DNA of 64,000 nt, from contig CAXNJO010000002.1 of the NCBI GenBank assembly GCA_964202905.1, positions 64,001 to 128,000 of the forward strand, read 5' to 3'. The translations under genes and the position numbers were made by a program. Source of the stretch: Polyangiales bacterium (GTDB lineage: Bacteria > Myxococcota_A > Polyangia > Polyangiales > JADJQN01). Every line of letters starts with the position of its first letter. Within the stretch, counting starts at the first letter, position 1. Under the pieces are notes generated by a model. The model had not been told where the DNA came from. It saw only the letters and a list, made by a program, of their open reading frames with translations, and searched no databases. Positions 11,014-21,897 of this stretch are shown here, piece after piece.

Positions 11014-14000
11014 ATGTCGCAGCATCCGCCTTCTCCCCCGCCCGGCGCGCCTGCCCGCGCGCCACTCTCCTCGGCCGCTCACGAACATGACGCCTGCGGC
11101 GTCGGCTTCATCGCCCACCTCCGCGGCCAGCGCTCGCACGCCGTCGTCGCGCACGGCCTGACCGCGCTCGAGAAGCTCGCGCACCGCGCGGCGACGGGCG
11201 CCGAGGCCGACACGGGCGACGGCGCAGGCGTGATGATCCAGATCCCCGACGCGCTCGTGCGCGCGGAGCTGCAGCGCACCGGCGTGTTCCTGCCGCCGCC
11301 CGGCCAGTACGCGATGGGGCTCTTCTTCGGCTCGCCCGACGCGCAGGCCTGCGCCCTCGCGAAGATGCTCTTCGCGATGATCGTGCGGCAGGAGGGGCTG
11401 CAGCTCCTCGGCTGGCGCGAGGTGCCGACGGACAACCGGCACATCGGCCGGACGGCGCGCGCCGTCGAGCCGCAGATGCTCCACGTCTTCGTGGGCGCGG
11501 CGCCCTCCCCCGCGCGCGGCCCCGGCGACGACGCGCCCTTCGATCAGGAAGCGCTCGAGCGCAAGCTCTACGTCGTCCGCAAGCGCTTCCAGACGACCAT
11601 CTGGCAGAGCGGCATCGACGATCGGCAGTACTTCCACGTGCCGTCGCTCTCGAGCCGCACCACCGTCTACAAGGGCATGCTCATGCCGGAGCAGGTGCGC
11701 GCGTACTTCCCGGATCTGCGGGATCGCGCGCACCGAGAGCGCGCTGTGCATGTTCCACAGCCGCTTCTCGACCAACACCTTCCCGAGCTGGGAGCTCGCG
11801 CACCCCTACTCGATGCTCGCGCACAACGGCGAGATCAACACGCTGCGCGGCAACATCAGCTGGATGCGGGCGCGCGAGGCGATGCTCGCGTCGCCGCTCT
11901 TCCGCGACGACATCGAGAAGCTCCTCCCCATCGCGCGAGAGGGTCTCTCCGACAGCGCCGTGCTCGACGGCGTGCTCGAGCTGCTCGTGCGCGGAGGCCG
12001 CTCGCTGCCACACGCGATGATGATGCTCATCCCGGAGGCGTGGGAGGGAAACCCCGCGATGAGCCAGGAAAAGAAGGCGTTTTACGCCTATCACGGCTGC
12101 ATGATGGAGCCGTGGGACGGCCCCGCCGCGGTGATGTTCACCGACGGCCGCGACATCGGCGCGGTGCTCGATCGCAACGGTCTGCGGCCCTCGCGCTACT
12201 GGATCACGCGCGACGATCTGGTCGTCGTCGCGAGCGAGGTGGGCGTGCTCGACGTGCCGCCCGAGCAGATCGTGAAGAAGGGCCGCCTCGAGCCGGGGCG
12301 CATGTTCCTCGTCTCGCTCGAGGAGGGCCGCATCGTCGAAGACGACGAGCTCAAGCGCCGCCTCTGCGCCGAGCGGCCCTACGCCGCGTGGCTCGACGAG
12401 CACCTCATCGAGCTCGACGAGCTGCCCGCGGGCGAGCCTGCGCCGGCGCTCACCGGGGACGCGCTGCGCCGCACGCAGGCCGCGTTCGGCTACTCGGCCG
12501 AGGACCTCAAGTACCTCCTCGCGCCGATGGCCGAGACGGGTCAGGAGGCGCTCGGCTCGATGGGCCAGGACGCGGCGCTGCCCGCGCTCTCCGCGCAGCC
12601 ACAGTCGCTGTACGCGTACTTTCAACAGCTCTTCGCGCAGGTCACGAACCCGCCGCTCGACGCGATCCGCGAAGAGCTCGTGACGAGCGTGAAGACGGTC
12701 ATCGGGCCGGAGGGCAACCTCCTCGCGGAGGAGCCCGACAGCTGCCACCTCGTCACGCTCGACTCCCCGTTCCTCACGGCCGCGGACATGGCGAAGCTCA
12801 AGGGGCTCGGCGTCGAGGACCTGCCCGTCCGCACGCTCGACATGGTCTTCCCCGCGGCGGACGGCCCCGCCGGGCTCGACCCCGCGCTGCAGGCGCTCTT
12901 CGCGAAGGCCGATCACGCGATCACCGAAGGCGCGCGCGTGCTCGTGCTCTCGGACCGCGCGCAGTCCGCGGCGCTCGCGCCCATCCCGGCGCTGCTGGCG
13001 GTCGCTGGGCTGCACAACCACCTCGTCCGCGAGAAGAAGCGCACGCGCGTCACGCTCCTCGTCGAGACGGGCGACGCGCGCGAGGTGCACCACGTCGCGG
13101 CGCTCGTCGGCTACGGCGCGAGCGCGGTCTGCCCGTGGCTCGCGCTGGAGTCGATCGCGGGGCTCTGCGCGGACGGCGAGCTGCCCGCGTCGATCGACGT
13201 CGCGCGCGCGCAGAAGCAGTACCTCGCCGCCGTGAAGAAGGGCGTCGTGAAGGTGATGTCCAAGATGGGCATCAGCACGATCAACTCCTACCGCGGCGCG
13301 CAGCAGTTCGAGTGCGTCGGGCTCTCGCGCGAGCTCGTCGATCGCTACTTCACGCACACCGCGTCGCGCCTCGGCGGCATCGGCATCGTCGAGGTCGCCG
13401 CCGAGCTCCTCGCGCACCACCGCCACGCGCACGCGACGCGCCTCCCCGGGGCGCACCCCGCCCTGCGCCAGGGCGGGCTGTACCAGTGGCGGCGCGATGG
13501 CGAGGTGCACCTCTTCGACCCGGACACGGTCTTCAAGCTGCAGCACGCGACGCGCACGGGGCAGCGCCGGATCTTCTCCGAGTACACCGCGCGGGTGAAC
13601 GAGCAGGCCCGGCACGCCACGCTGCGCGGGCTCTTCGAGTTCCGCTGGGCGGACGCGCCCGTGCCGCTCGAGGAGGTCGAGCCCGTCGAGGCGATCGTGC
13701 GGCGCTTCGCGACCGGCGCGATGAGCTACGGCTCGATCAGCGAGGAGGCCCACGAGACGCTCGCCATCGCGATGAACCGCCTCGGTGGCCGCTCGAACAG
13801 CGGCGAGGGCGGCGAGGACCCGGCGCGCTACACGCCGCTGCCCGACGGCACGCGCCGCGCGAGCGCCATCCACCAGGTCGCCTCGGGCCGCTTCGGCGTG
13901 ACGAGCGAGTACCTCGTCCAGTGCACCGAGTTGCAGATCAAGATGGCGCAGGGCGCCAAGCCCGGTGAGGGCGGCCAGCTCCCGGGGAACAAGGTCTACC

Positions 14001-15625
14001 CGTGGATCGCGCGCGTGCGCTTCGCGACCGCGGGCGTCGGCCTGATCTCGCCGCCGCCGCACCACGACATCTACTCGATCGAGGACCTCGCGCAGCTCAT
14101 CCACGATCTGAAATGCGCGAATCCGAGAGCGCGTATCAGCGTGAAGCTCGTCGCCGAGGTCGGCGTCGGCACCGTCGCTGCGGGCGTCGCGAAGGCGAAG
14201 AGCGACGTCGTGCTCATCAGCGGACACGACGGCGGTACGGGCGCGTCGCCCCTCACCTCGCTCAAGCACGCGGGCGCACCGTGGGAGCTCGGCCTCGCCG
14301 AGGCGCAGCAGACGCTCGTCGACAACGGCCTGCGCGACCGCATCGTCGTGCAGGTCGACGGGCAGCTGAAGACGGGGCGTGACGTGGTCGTCGCCGCGCT
14401 GCTCGGCGCCGAGGAGTACGGCTTCGCGACCGCGCCGCTCGTCGTGATGGGCTGCGTGATGATGCGCGTCTGCCACCTCGACACCTGCCCCGTCGGCATC
14501 GCGACGCAGAGCCCGCGGCTGCGCGAGCGCTTCACGGGCCGCGCCGAGCACGTGATGAACTTCTTCCGCTTCATCGCCGAGGAGGTCCGCGAGCACCTCG
14601 CGCGGCTCGGCTTCCGCACGCTCGACGAGGCGATCGGCCGCGCCGACCTGCTCCGCGCGGGCGACGCGCTCGACGACGTGAAGACCCGCAGCCTGGATCT
14701 CGCGCCGCTCTTCGCGCGCTCGGCGCGCGCCGGCGAGGTGTCGCCGCGCTGCGTGACGACGCAGGACCACGGCCTCGAGGACAAGCTCGACCTGCAGCTC
14801 ATCGACGCCGCCGCGCCCGCGCTCGAGCGCGCCGAGCGCGTCGCGCTGACCTACCCGATCCGCAACGTCGATCGCACCGCGGGCACGATGCTCGGCAGCG
14901 AGGTCACGCGGCGCTTCGGGGCAGCGGGCCTGCCCGACGACACCATCGACCTCACCTTCCACGGCTCGGCCGGGCAGAGCTTCGGCGCGTTCATCCCACG
15001 CGGCGTGACGCTCCGTCTCGAGGGCGACGGCAACGACTACGTCGGCAAGGGGCTCTCGGGCGGCCGGATCGCCGTGCGACCGCCGCGCGCGGCGACCTTC
15101 GTACCCGAGGAGAACATCGTCATCGGCAACGTCGTGCTCTACGGCGCGACGAGCGGCGAGGCCTTCTTCCGCGGCCTCGCGGGCGAGCGCTTCTGCGTGC
15201 GCAACAGCGGCGCGCACGCGGTCGTCGAGGGCGTCGGCGACCACGGCTGCGAGTACATGACGGGCGGGCGCGTCGTCGTGCTCGGGCGCACGGGGCGGAA
15301 CTTCGCGGCCGGCATGTCGGGCGGCGTCGCCTTCGTGCTCGCGGGCGCGCCGGGCAGCCCGGAGCGCGCGGCCTTCGAGGGCCGCGTGAACCGTGAGCTC
15401 GTGCGGCTCGGCCCGGTCACGGACGCCGAGGATCGCGCGACGCTGCGCGCGCTCGTCGCCAAGCACTTCGCGGCGACGGACAGCCAGCCGGCTGGCCGGC
15501 TGCTCGCCGACTGGGAGGCCGCGCTCCCGCGCTTCGTGTGCGTGATCCCGGTCGAGTACGAGAAGGCGCGCGAGCGCGAGCGGCGGCTGCGCGCGGAGCA
15601 GGCCCGCGAACAGGCCGCGGAATAA
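11014..15625 (+). CDS. gltB: Glutamate synthase large subunit (one +1 frameshift at about 11725)
   Basis: N-terminal [56 protein letters not shown] and VRNSGA. Removing one base at about 11725 restores DLRDARTESAL. Confidence 0.95.
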
Positions 15626-15637
15626 GGCGAGGACACG

Positions 15638-17095
15638 ATGGGCAAGCCGACCGGGTTCCTCGAGCACGTCCGCGAGCTGCCGCGCAGGCGGCCCGTGGAA
15701 GAGCGCAAGCGCGATCACCTCGAGATCTACGAGGAGATGCCGCGCGACAAGCTCCGCACGCAGGCCTCGCGCTGCATGGACTGCGGGATCCCCTTCTGTC
15801 ACCAGGGGTGTCCGCTCGGGAACCTCATCCCCGACTGGAACGACCTCGTCTACCGCGATCGCTGGCGCGACGCGCTCGCGCGGCTTCACGCGACGAACAA
15901 CTTCCCCGAGTTCACCGGGCGGCTCTGCCCCGCGCCCTGCGAGGCCGCGTGCGTGCTCGGCATCGGCGACGCGCCGGTGACCATCAAGCAGGTGGAGCAA
16001 TCGATCGTCGATCACGGCTGGCAGCAGGGCTGGATCGTGCCCGAGCCCGCCGCGGAGAAGACGGGCAAGCGCGTCGCCATCGTCGGGAGCGGCCCCGCAG
16101 GGCTCGCGGCCGCGCAGCAGCTCGCGCGCGTCGGGCACGCGGTCACCGTGTACGAGCGCGCCGACCGCGTCGGCGGGCTGCTCCGCTACGGGATCCCCGA
16201 CTTCAAGATGGAGCGCATGCAGCTCGAGCGGCGGCTCGCGCAGCTCGAGGCCGAGGGGGTCGTGTTCCGCACGAACGCGGACGTCGGACGCGGCATCGAC
16301 GTCGACGTGCTGCGCTCCGAGTCGGACGCGGTGCTGCTCGCGACGGGCGCCTCCCGCGCCCGCGACCTCGACGTGCCCGGGCGGCGCGCGGGCGAGCCGC
16401 CGCTTCATGGCGTGCACCTCGCGATGGAATACCTCGAGCAGGAGAACCGCACGATCGCGGGCGAGACCATCCCCGACGCGCATCGCATCGACGCGCGCGG
16501 CAAGCGGGTGATCATCCTCGGCGGCGGCGACACGGGCGCGGACTGCCTCGGCACCGCGCACCGGCAGGGCGCGCGCGAGGTGCTCCAGTTCGAGCTGATG
16601 GACCGCCCGCCCGAGGCGCGCGGCGAGGCGGATCCGTGGCCGCTCTGGCCGCACGTGTTCCGCACCTCGGCCGCGCACGAGGAGGGCGGCGAGCGCATCT
16701 ACTCGGTGCTCACGACGCACCTCACGGGCGATCGCGGTGCCCTCACGCACCTGCACGGCGCGCAGGTCGCGTGGTCCCGCGACGCGCGCGGCCGCATGGC
16801 GCCCCGCCCCGTGCCGGGCACGGAGTTCGTCGAGGACTGCGACCTCCTGCTGCTCGCGATGGGCTTCGTCGGCCCGGAGCGCTCGCCGCTGCTCGAGGCG
16901 CTCGGCGTCGAGCTCGACCTGCGCGGCAACGTGCGCGGCGACGCGCGGTTCGGGACGAACGTGCCCGGCGTCTTCGTCGCGGGCGACGCGCACCGCGGCG
17001 CGTCGCTCATCGTGTGGGCCATCGCCGAGGGCCGCGCGGCCGCGCGCGCGATCGACGCGCAGCTCATGGGGAGCACGAGCCTGCCGGCCGTGTGA
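15638..17095 (+). CDS. gltD: Glutamate synthase small subunit
   Basis: MGKPTGF, RCMDCGIPFC, GRLCPAPCE, GSGPAGL and GGGDTG. Confidence 0.97.
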   Translation: MGKPTGFLEHVRELPRRRPVEERKRDHLEIYEEMPRDKLRTQASRCMDCGIPFCHQGCPLGNLIPDWNDLVYRDRWRDALARLHATNNFPEFTGRLCPAPCEAACVLGIGDAPVTIKQVEQSIVDHGWQQGWIVPEPAAEKTGKRVAIVGSGPAGLAAAQQLARVGHAVTVYERADRVGGLLRYGIPDFKMERMQLERRLAQLEAEGVVFRTNADVGRGIDVDVLRSESDAVLLATGASRARDLDVPGRRAGEPPLHGVHLAMEYLEQENRTIAGETIPDAHRIDARGKRVIILGGGDTGADCLGTAHRQGAREVLQFELMDRPPEARGEADPWPLWPHVFRTSAAHEEGGERIYSVLTTHLTGDRGALTHLHGAQVAWSRDARGRMAPRPVPGTEFVEDCDLLLLAMGFVGPERSPLLEALGVELDLRGNVRGDARFGTNVPGVFVAGDAHRGASLIVWAIAEGRAAARAIDAQLMGSTSLPAV

Positions 17096-17177
17096 GCGCA
17101 CGCGGGGCGTCCACGCGGGTCGACGGCACGGACCACGCGGCGTGACGGCCGCGCCGCTCCCGTGCTACCCCGCCGCG

Positions 17178-17642
17178 ATGCTCGAGCACACGGCCCTCCT
17201 CCTCCATCTCGTCGGCTTCGCGGCGTACGTCGGCGCGGGTTTCACGCAGCAGCGCCTCGTCGCGATGTCGGCCGCGCCGGGGCTCGCGCCCGCGGTGCGC
17301 GACGCCTGGGAGAAACTCGCGGCGACGGTCGTGACGAAGTTCGAGCTGCCCGCGATCTTCCTCTCGATCGCGAGCGGCATCCTCTTCCTCGTGCACGAGC
17401 CGGCGTACCTGCGGCAGGCCGCGTGGTTCCACCCGAAGCTCACGTGCGTGCTCTTGATGCTGGTGCTCTCGCACCTCGAGATGTTCAACGCGCGCCGCAT
17501 CGTGCGCGCGCGCGCCTCGGGCGCGGCGGACGCAGAGTCCGACATCGCCGCGCGCAAACGTCGGCACGGCATCATGGGCAGCTTCGGCGCGCTGCTCGTC
17601 GCCATCGTGCTCATCCTCGTGTGCTTCGTGCGCACGGCCTGA
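17178..17642 (+). CDS. Four-TM membrane protein, HemJ/CopD-like
   Basis: 154 aa with His in TM1. WFHPKLTCVLLMLVLSH resembles the HemJ WLHxKLxxV motif. Confidence 0.55.
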   Translation: MLEHTALLLHLVGFAAYVGAGFTQQRLVAMSAAPGLAPAVRDAWEKLAATVVTKFELPAIFLSIASGILFLVHEPAYLRQAAWFHPKLTCVLLMLVLSHLEMFNARRIVRARASGAADAESDIAARKRRHGIMGSFGALLVAIVLILVCFVRTA

Positions 17643-17655
17643 GCGCGGCGCGGCG

Positions 17656-18075
17656 ATGGCGTTTCGCACGCAGATCCAGGTCCGCTTCAGCGACGAGGAC
17701 CACGCGCGGATCGTGTATTTTCCGCGCTTTTTCCACTTCTTCCACGTGGCCTTCGAGGACTTCTTCGCCGCGCACGGTGTGCCCTACCGCGACGTCCTCG
17801 ACGTCGATCGCTGCGGCTGGCCGGCGGTGCGCGCCGAGGCCGATTTCGAGCGCACGCTGCGCTTCGGCGACCTCCTCGAGCTCGAGCTCGCCGTCGAGCG
17901 CCTCGGCACGAGCAGCGCGATCTTCCTCTACCGCGGACACCGTCACGGCGAGCACGAGGACGTCTGCCGCGGGCGCATCACGGTCGTGTGCGTCGACATG
18001 GACTCCTTCGAGTCGCGGCCGATCCCCGACAAATATCGGGAGATGTTCGCGCGTCACCTGCTGCAGCAGGGCTGA
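17656..18075 (+). CDS. Acyl-CoA thioesterase, 4HBT/YbgC hotdog family
   Basis: VRFSDEDHARIVYFPRF motif; 139 aa. Confidence 0.85.
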   Translation: MAFRTQIQVRFSDEDHARIVYFPRFFHFFHVAFEDFFAAHGVPYRDVLDVDRCGWPAVRAEADFERTLRFGDLLELELAVERLGTSSAIFLYRGHRHGEHEDVCRGRITVVCVDMDSFESRPIPDKYREMFARHLLQQG

Positions 18076-18120
18076 CGGCGGGCGCCGGCGCGTGCGTCCC
18101 CCCGCGCGGCGCGCGGCGCC

Positions 18121-18498
18121 TCACGCGAGCGGGAAACCCGCGACGTCGAGCGTGCAGAGCCCGACGCGGTTGCCCTCGGGGTCCTGCACGTAGAGCGTGT
18201 AGGCCGTGCGCTCGACGACCTCGACGCCGTGCGCGGCGAGGCGCGCCTCCCACGGTGCGCGCTCCCCGGGCGCGATGGCGAGCGCGAGCAGGTGCAGCCC
18301 CGCGCGCTCGCTGCGGAACGGCACCGCGGCGGGCGGGTCCGCGCAGCGCTCGAGCATGAGCACCGCGCCCTCGCCGAGCGCGAGCCAAACCGCGCCCTCG
18401 CGCGGACGCCCGAGCACGGCGAGACCGAGCACGCGCGCGTAGAAGTGTTCGGCGGCGGCGAGGTCGTGCACCCGGAGCGCGAGGTGATGAATCCGCAT
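18121..18498 (-). CDS. VOC/glyoxalase family protein
   Basis: MRIHHLALRVHDL...FYARVLG, HLLAL and YVQDPEGNRV. Confidence 0.9.
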   Translation of the reverse strand: MRIHHLALRVHDLAAAEHFYARVLGLAVLGRPREGAVWLALGEGAVLMLERCADPPAAVPFRSERAGLHLLALAIAPGERAPWEARLAAHGVEVVERTAYTLYVQDPEGNRVGLCTLDVAGFPLA

Positions 18499-18577
18499 CG
18501 ACGGCCCGCAGCGTAACGCGCGCGTACGGCTTGGCCTGCCGCGCGCGTCGCGTATCCTCGACTGCGGAGCCCACCCG

Positions 18578-19202
18578 ATGTCCAACACGACGCCCTCGAC
18601 CTCGCTGCGCAACCGCCTCGCGCTCGCTCGCTTCGCCCTCGCGCCCCTCTGCGCCCTGCTCCTCGCCGTCGTCGGCTGTGGCGACGACGCTGCGCCCGCT
18701 CCCGCGACGGACGCGAGCACCACGGACCTCGGAGGCGACGACGCGTCGCTCGATGACGGCGGCGGCGACGACGCGAGCACGTTCGATGCGGCCACAGGCG
18801 ACGCGGGCGCCGAGGACGCCGGTGCCGACGATGCAGGCGGCGGCGACGCGGGTGCGGACGACGCGGGCGGCAGCGACGCGGGCGGCGGCGACGCGGGCGG
18901 CAGCGACGCGGGCGGCGGCGACGCGGGCGGCAGCGACGCGGGCGGCCGGGATGTGCACGCTGCGGCCGCGCACGGGTTGCTGCTTCGCCGACAGCGACTG
19001 CGGTCCGCGCGAGCGCTGCGTCGGCAGCGTGTGCGACGCGAGCGGTGAGGGCGTGTGCAAGTCGGATCCGCCGGGGCCCGACACCTGCTGGGACGACAAG
19101 GACTGCCGCAGCGGCACGACGTGCATGAGCGCGAACATCTGCCCCTGCGGTGCCGCGTGCTTCGTCGCGGACAGGCCCGGCGTCTGCGTCCCCACGATCT
19201 GA
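18578..19202 (+). CDS. Lipoprotein with DAG repeat linker and Cys-rich C-terminal domain (+1 frameshift at about 18945)
   Basis: Lipobox VVG-C and DAGGS/DAGGG repeats. It continues in another frame as CCFADSDC...CWDDKDC...CPCGAAC to TGA 19202. Confidence 0.7.
18800..18946 (+). repeat. About ten tandem 15-bp units (DAGxx); the last six alternate as a 30-bp higher-order repeat
   Basis: GACGCGGGCGGCAGC alternates with GACGCGGGCGGCGGC from 18860; looser copies start at 18800. Confidence 0.9.
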
Positions 19203-19240
19203 GCGCGCCGCGCACCTGCGCCCCGCCTCCGCGTCCGACA

Positions 19241-19256
19241 CTGAATCACCATTCAG
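19241..19256. promoter_or_regulatory. Palindrome CTGAAT-CACC-ATTCAG (copy 1 of 5)
   Basis: Perfect 6-4-6 inverted repeat 4 bp upstream of the galT GTG. Confidence 0.65.
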
Positions 19257-19260
19257 CGAC

Positions 19261-20229
19261 GTGTCCGCCCACCCCCTCCGCACCGAGCCGCGCATCGATG
19301 CGCTCACTGGCACCCTGGTGCTCGTCGCGCCGCACCGTCGCGGGATCGCGCCGCCCTCGCCCGCGTCCCCCGGCCTGCCCGACGTCCCGCGCGCACGCTG
19401 CCCGTTCTGCCCCGGGCACGAGGCCGAGGCCGAGCCCACCGTGGCGCGCTGGCCCGACGAGGGCGCATGGCGTGCACGCATCGTCGGCAATCGCTACGCG
19501 CTCGCGGGCGACGCCGTCAGCGGCCTCACGGGTGCACACGAGGTCGTGATCGAGACGCCGGACCACGACCTCGATCTGCCCGACTACGCGCCCGCCCACA
19601 TGGCCGCGGTGCTCGACCTCGTCGCCGCGCGGATCGCGACGCTCGCCGCGCGCCCGGGCGTCGCCGCGGTGCTCACCTTCCGCAACCGCGGTCGTCGCGC
19701 GGGCAGCTCCCAGCCGCACGCGCACGCGCAGATCCTCGCGCTCGATCGCGTGCCCGGCGGGACGGCGGAGCGCGACGCGCGCGCACGTCGCCACTTCGTC
19801 GAAGCGGGTCACACGCTCCTCGGCGACATGCTGGCCGACGAACTGCGCGACGGTCGCCGCATCGTGCGCGACGAGGACGGCGTCGTGACGCTCTGTCCGC
19901 ACGCCTCGCAGCATCCGCACGAGCTGCGCCTCGTGCCGCGCGCCGGCGGCGCCACGCTCGCCGCGCTCTCCGTCGAGGTGCGCGCCGCGCTCGCCGCAGC
20001 GCTCGTCGATGCGACGCGGCGCCTGCGCGTGGCCGGCGCGGCCAGCGACTACAACGTGCTCTTCCACGAGCCGCCCGTCGCGAGCCGCGACGCGCCGTGG
20101 AACGCGCTCCACGTCGACGTCACGCCGCGCACGACGTCGCCCGCGGGCCTCGAGCTCGTCTCGGGCTGCACGGTACTCACGGTCCCGCCCGAAGCCGCGG
20201 CCGAGTCCCTCCGCAACGCCCGGTTTTGA
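19261..20229 (+). CDS. galT: Galactose-1-phosphate uridylyltransferase family protein
   Basis: CPFCPGHE, HEVVIETPDH, GSSQPHAHAQI (HxHxQ), AGLEL and PE.AA..LR. Confidence 0.82.
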   Translation: MSAHPLRTEPRIDALTGTLVLVAPHRRGIAPPSPASPGLPDVPRARCPFCPGHEAEAEPTVARWPDEGAWRARIVGNRYALAGDAVSGLTGAHEVVIETPDHDLDLPDYAPAHMAAVLDLVAARIATLAARPGVAAVLTFRNRGRRAGSSQPHAHAQILALDRVPGGTAERDARARRHFVEAGHTLLGDMLADELRDGRRIVRDEDGVVTLCPHASQHPHELRLVPRAGGATLAALSVEVRAALAAALVDATRRLRVAGAASDYNVLFHEPPVASRDAPWNALHVDVTPRTTSPAGLELVSGCTVLTVPPEAAAESLRNARF

Positions 20230-20241
20230 AAGAAGAATCGG

Positions 20242-20547
20242 TCAGCGCGACTTCGGGAGCACGATCGTGGGCCGCTCGGGGTGTCGGCGGTAGAGCACGA
20301 TCACGCGGCCGATCTCCTGCACCACCGCGGCGCGGAGCGTGGCCGCGAGCGCCTCGCCGCACTCGCGTCGCTCGAGCGGGGAGGTCTCGAGGACGCGCAC
20401 CTTGATCAACTCGTGGTCGAGCAGCGCGCGATCGACGGCCGCGGCGAAGCCCTCGGTGACGCCCTCCTTGCCGACCTGGACCAGCGGCGAGAGCGGGTGC
20501 GCGAGCCCCTTGAGAAACTGCTTCTGCTTGCTCGTGAGGGTCGTCAT
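20242..20547 (-). CDS. yhbY: Ribosome assembly RNA-binding protein, CRM domain
   Basis: LTSKQKQFLKGLAHPL, VGKEG, HELIKV and IGRVIVLYR. Confidence 0.93.
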   Translation of the reverse strand: MTTLTSKQKQFLKGLAHPLSPLVQVGKEGVTEGFAAAVDRALLDHELIKVRVLETSPLERRECGEALAATLRAAVVQEIGRVIVLYRRHPERPTIVLPKSR

Positions 20548-20582
20548 GCGTCGGCTCCGTGCGGCGGGCGCGCGAAGGTACG

Positions 20583-21896
20583 TCAGCCGAGCCAGCCGAG
20601 CCAGTCGAGGCCCCAGAGCAGCGCGGCCAGCGCGAGGAGCAGCGGCGCGACGAAGCGCAGCCCGTGCGCGAGATCCGCGAGGACCTCCCGGCGCTCGAGG
20701 CGCGCGAGCGTCCGCGCGCCGTACACGTCCTCGAGCTCGCGGCGTGCGTCCGCGCGCTCCTGCGCGTCGAGCGGGTCGTGGCCCGAGAGATAGTGCAGGT
20801 GGTGCTCGATCTCGTGATCGATGGTCTCGCGCACCTCGGCCTCGAGGTCGTACGGGCCCTCCTCCGCGTGCATCCGCGCGAAGGATCGGTAGTAGACCGT
20901 GACGAGGAACTCCGTCGTCGCGTTGCCCGCGGCGTCGACGGCCTCGCGCGGCTCGTAGCTGCCGAGGAGCGGCTCCCCCGCGACGTCGAGCGCGGGCACG
21001 CCGTCCTCGACGCGGAGCGCGATGTGGCGCACGCCGCGCGCCGCGTAGACCTCCGCGCCGAGGCGTGCGACGAGCGCCTCGAAGTCCGCCGCGTCGGGGA
21101 ACGCGCCCTCCCCCGGATCCCGCGCGGGCGCGCCGCCAGTGCGGCCGAGCGCGAGATCGAACTCACGCTCGAGCGGCGCGTCGACCTCGTGCAACGCGCC
21201 GCACGCGGGGCACACGAGCGGCCTCAGGGCGCGCTCGGCGTACGCGACCTCGAGAAAGCCCTGCTCGATCGCGCTCCACGCGCGATCGGGCACATGCGCG
21301 AGCACGTCCGCGAGCACGGTCGCGCGCGTCTCCCTGCCGACGGACCGGACGCCGAGCGCCCGCACGAGCGCGGGCGTCACGCGCAGCGGCGCCTCCCGTG
21401 CGAGCGCAGCCCAGAGCGGCCTGGCCGTCTCGACCGTCGGCGCGCGCAGCACGGCCTCGCGCGCACGTCCGCGTCCGACGCGCACCGTGACGCCGAGCGG
21501 GACCCGCGCCTCCCGCACCGCGGGCTCGCGCGCGAAGCGCTCTTCGAGATCGTCGAGGGGCACGCCGCGCGGCGCGGCCTCGAGCGGCGCGTCGCAGTTG
21601 CGGCACTCGCCCGCGTCCGTCGCTTCCGGCGCGACGGCGCCGAGGCGCTCGCACGCGTCCCGGAGCGCGTGAAAATCGCGCACGTCGAGCGCGAGCAGCG
21701 CCTCCCGCGTGAGCGGCGTGCGCGCGCGACCGTCCGCCGGCTCGACGCTGACCTCGCCCGCGAGCAGCGCCCCGAGCGTGCGCCCCGCGAAGAGGCGCGT
21801 GCCCTCGACGACGTCGTCGACGCGCGGCGCGCCCCGCCCGACGCGCCGCACGCGCACGCGCAGCCCGCTCGGCAGCCGGACGAGCGCGCCCGCCAC
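20583..21896 (-). CDS. Hypothetical protein: two CxxC modules (phage baseplate-chaperone-like), a zincin_1-like HExxH domain and a C-terminal TM
   Basis: ECRNC and VCPACG; LLGSY...VTVYYRSF...VRETIDHEIEHH; hydrophobic C-terminus. Confidence 0.6.
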   Translation of the reverse strand: MAGALVRLPSGLRVRVRRVGRGAPRVDDVVEGTRLFAGRTLGALLAGEVSVEPADGRARTPLTREALLALDVRDFHALRDACERLGAVAPEATDAGECRNCDAPLEAAPRGVPLDDLEERFAREPAVREARVPLGVTVRVGRGRAREAVLRAPTVETARPLWAALAREAPLRVTPALVRALGVRSVGRETRATVLADVLAHVPDRAWSAIEQGFLEVAYAERALRPLVCPACGALHEVDAPLEREFDLALGRTGGAPARDPGEGAFPDAADFEALVARLGAEVYAARGVRHIALRVEDGVPALDVAGEPLLGSYEPREAVDAAGNATTEFLVTVYYRSFARMHAEEGPYDLEAEVRETIDHEIEHHLHYLSGHDPLDAQERADARRELEDVYGARTLARLERREVLADLAHGLRFVAPLLLALAALLWGLDWLGWLG

Positions 21897-21897
21897 G

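Noticed and set aside
11700..11750. Programmed frameshift or split gltB
   Set aside because: There is no slippery sequence. A single extra base explains it and matches the window-wide +1 indel pattern.
11681..17101. 1806-aa minus-strand ORF and many similar long antisense or alternate-frame ORFs
   Set aside because: These are shadows of real genes. Stop codons are scarce at this GC content, and the translations are Arg/Ala-rich without recognisable motifs.
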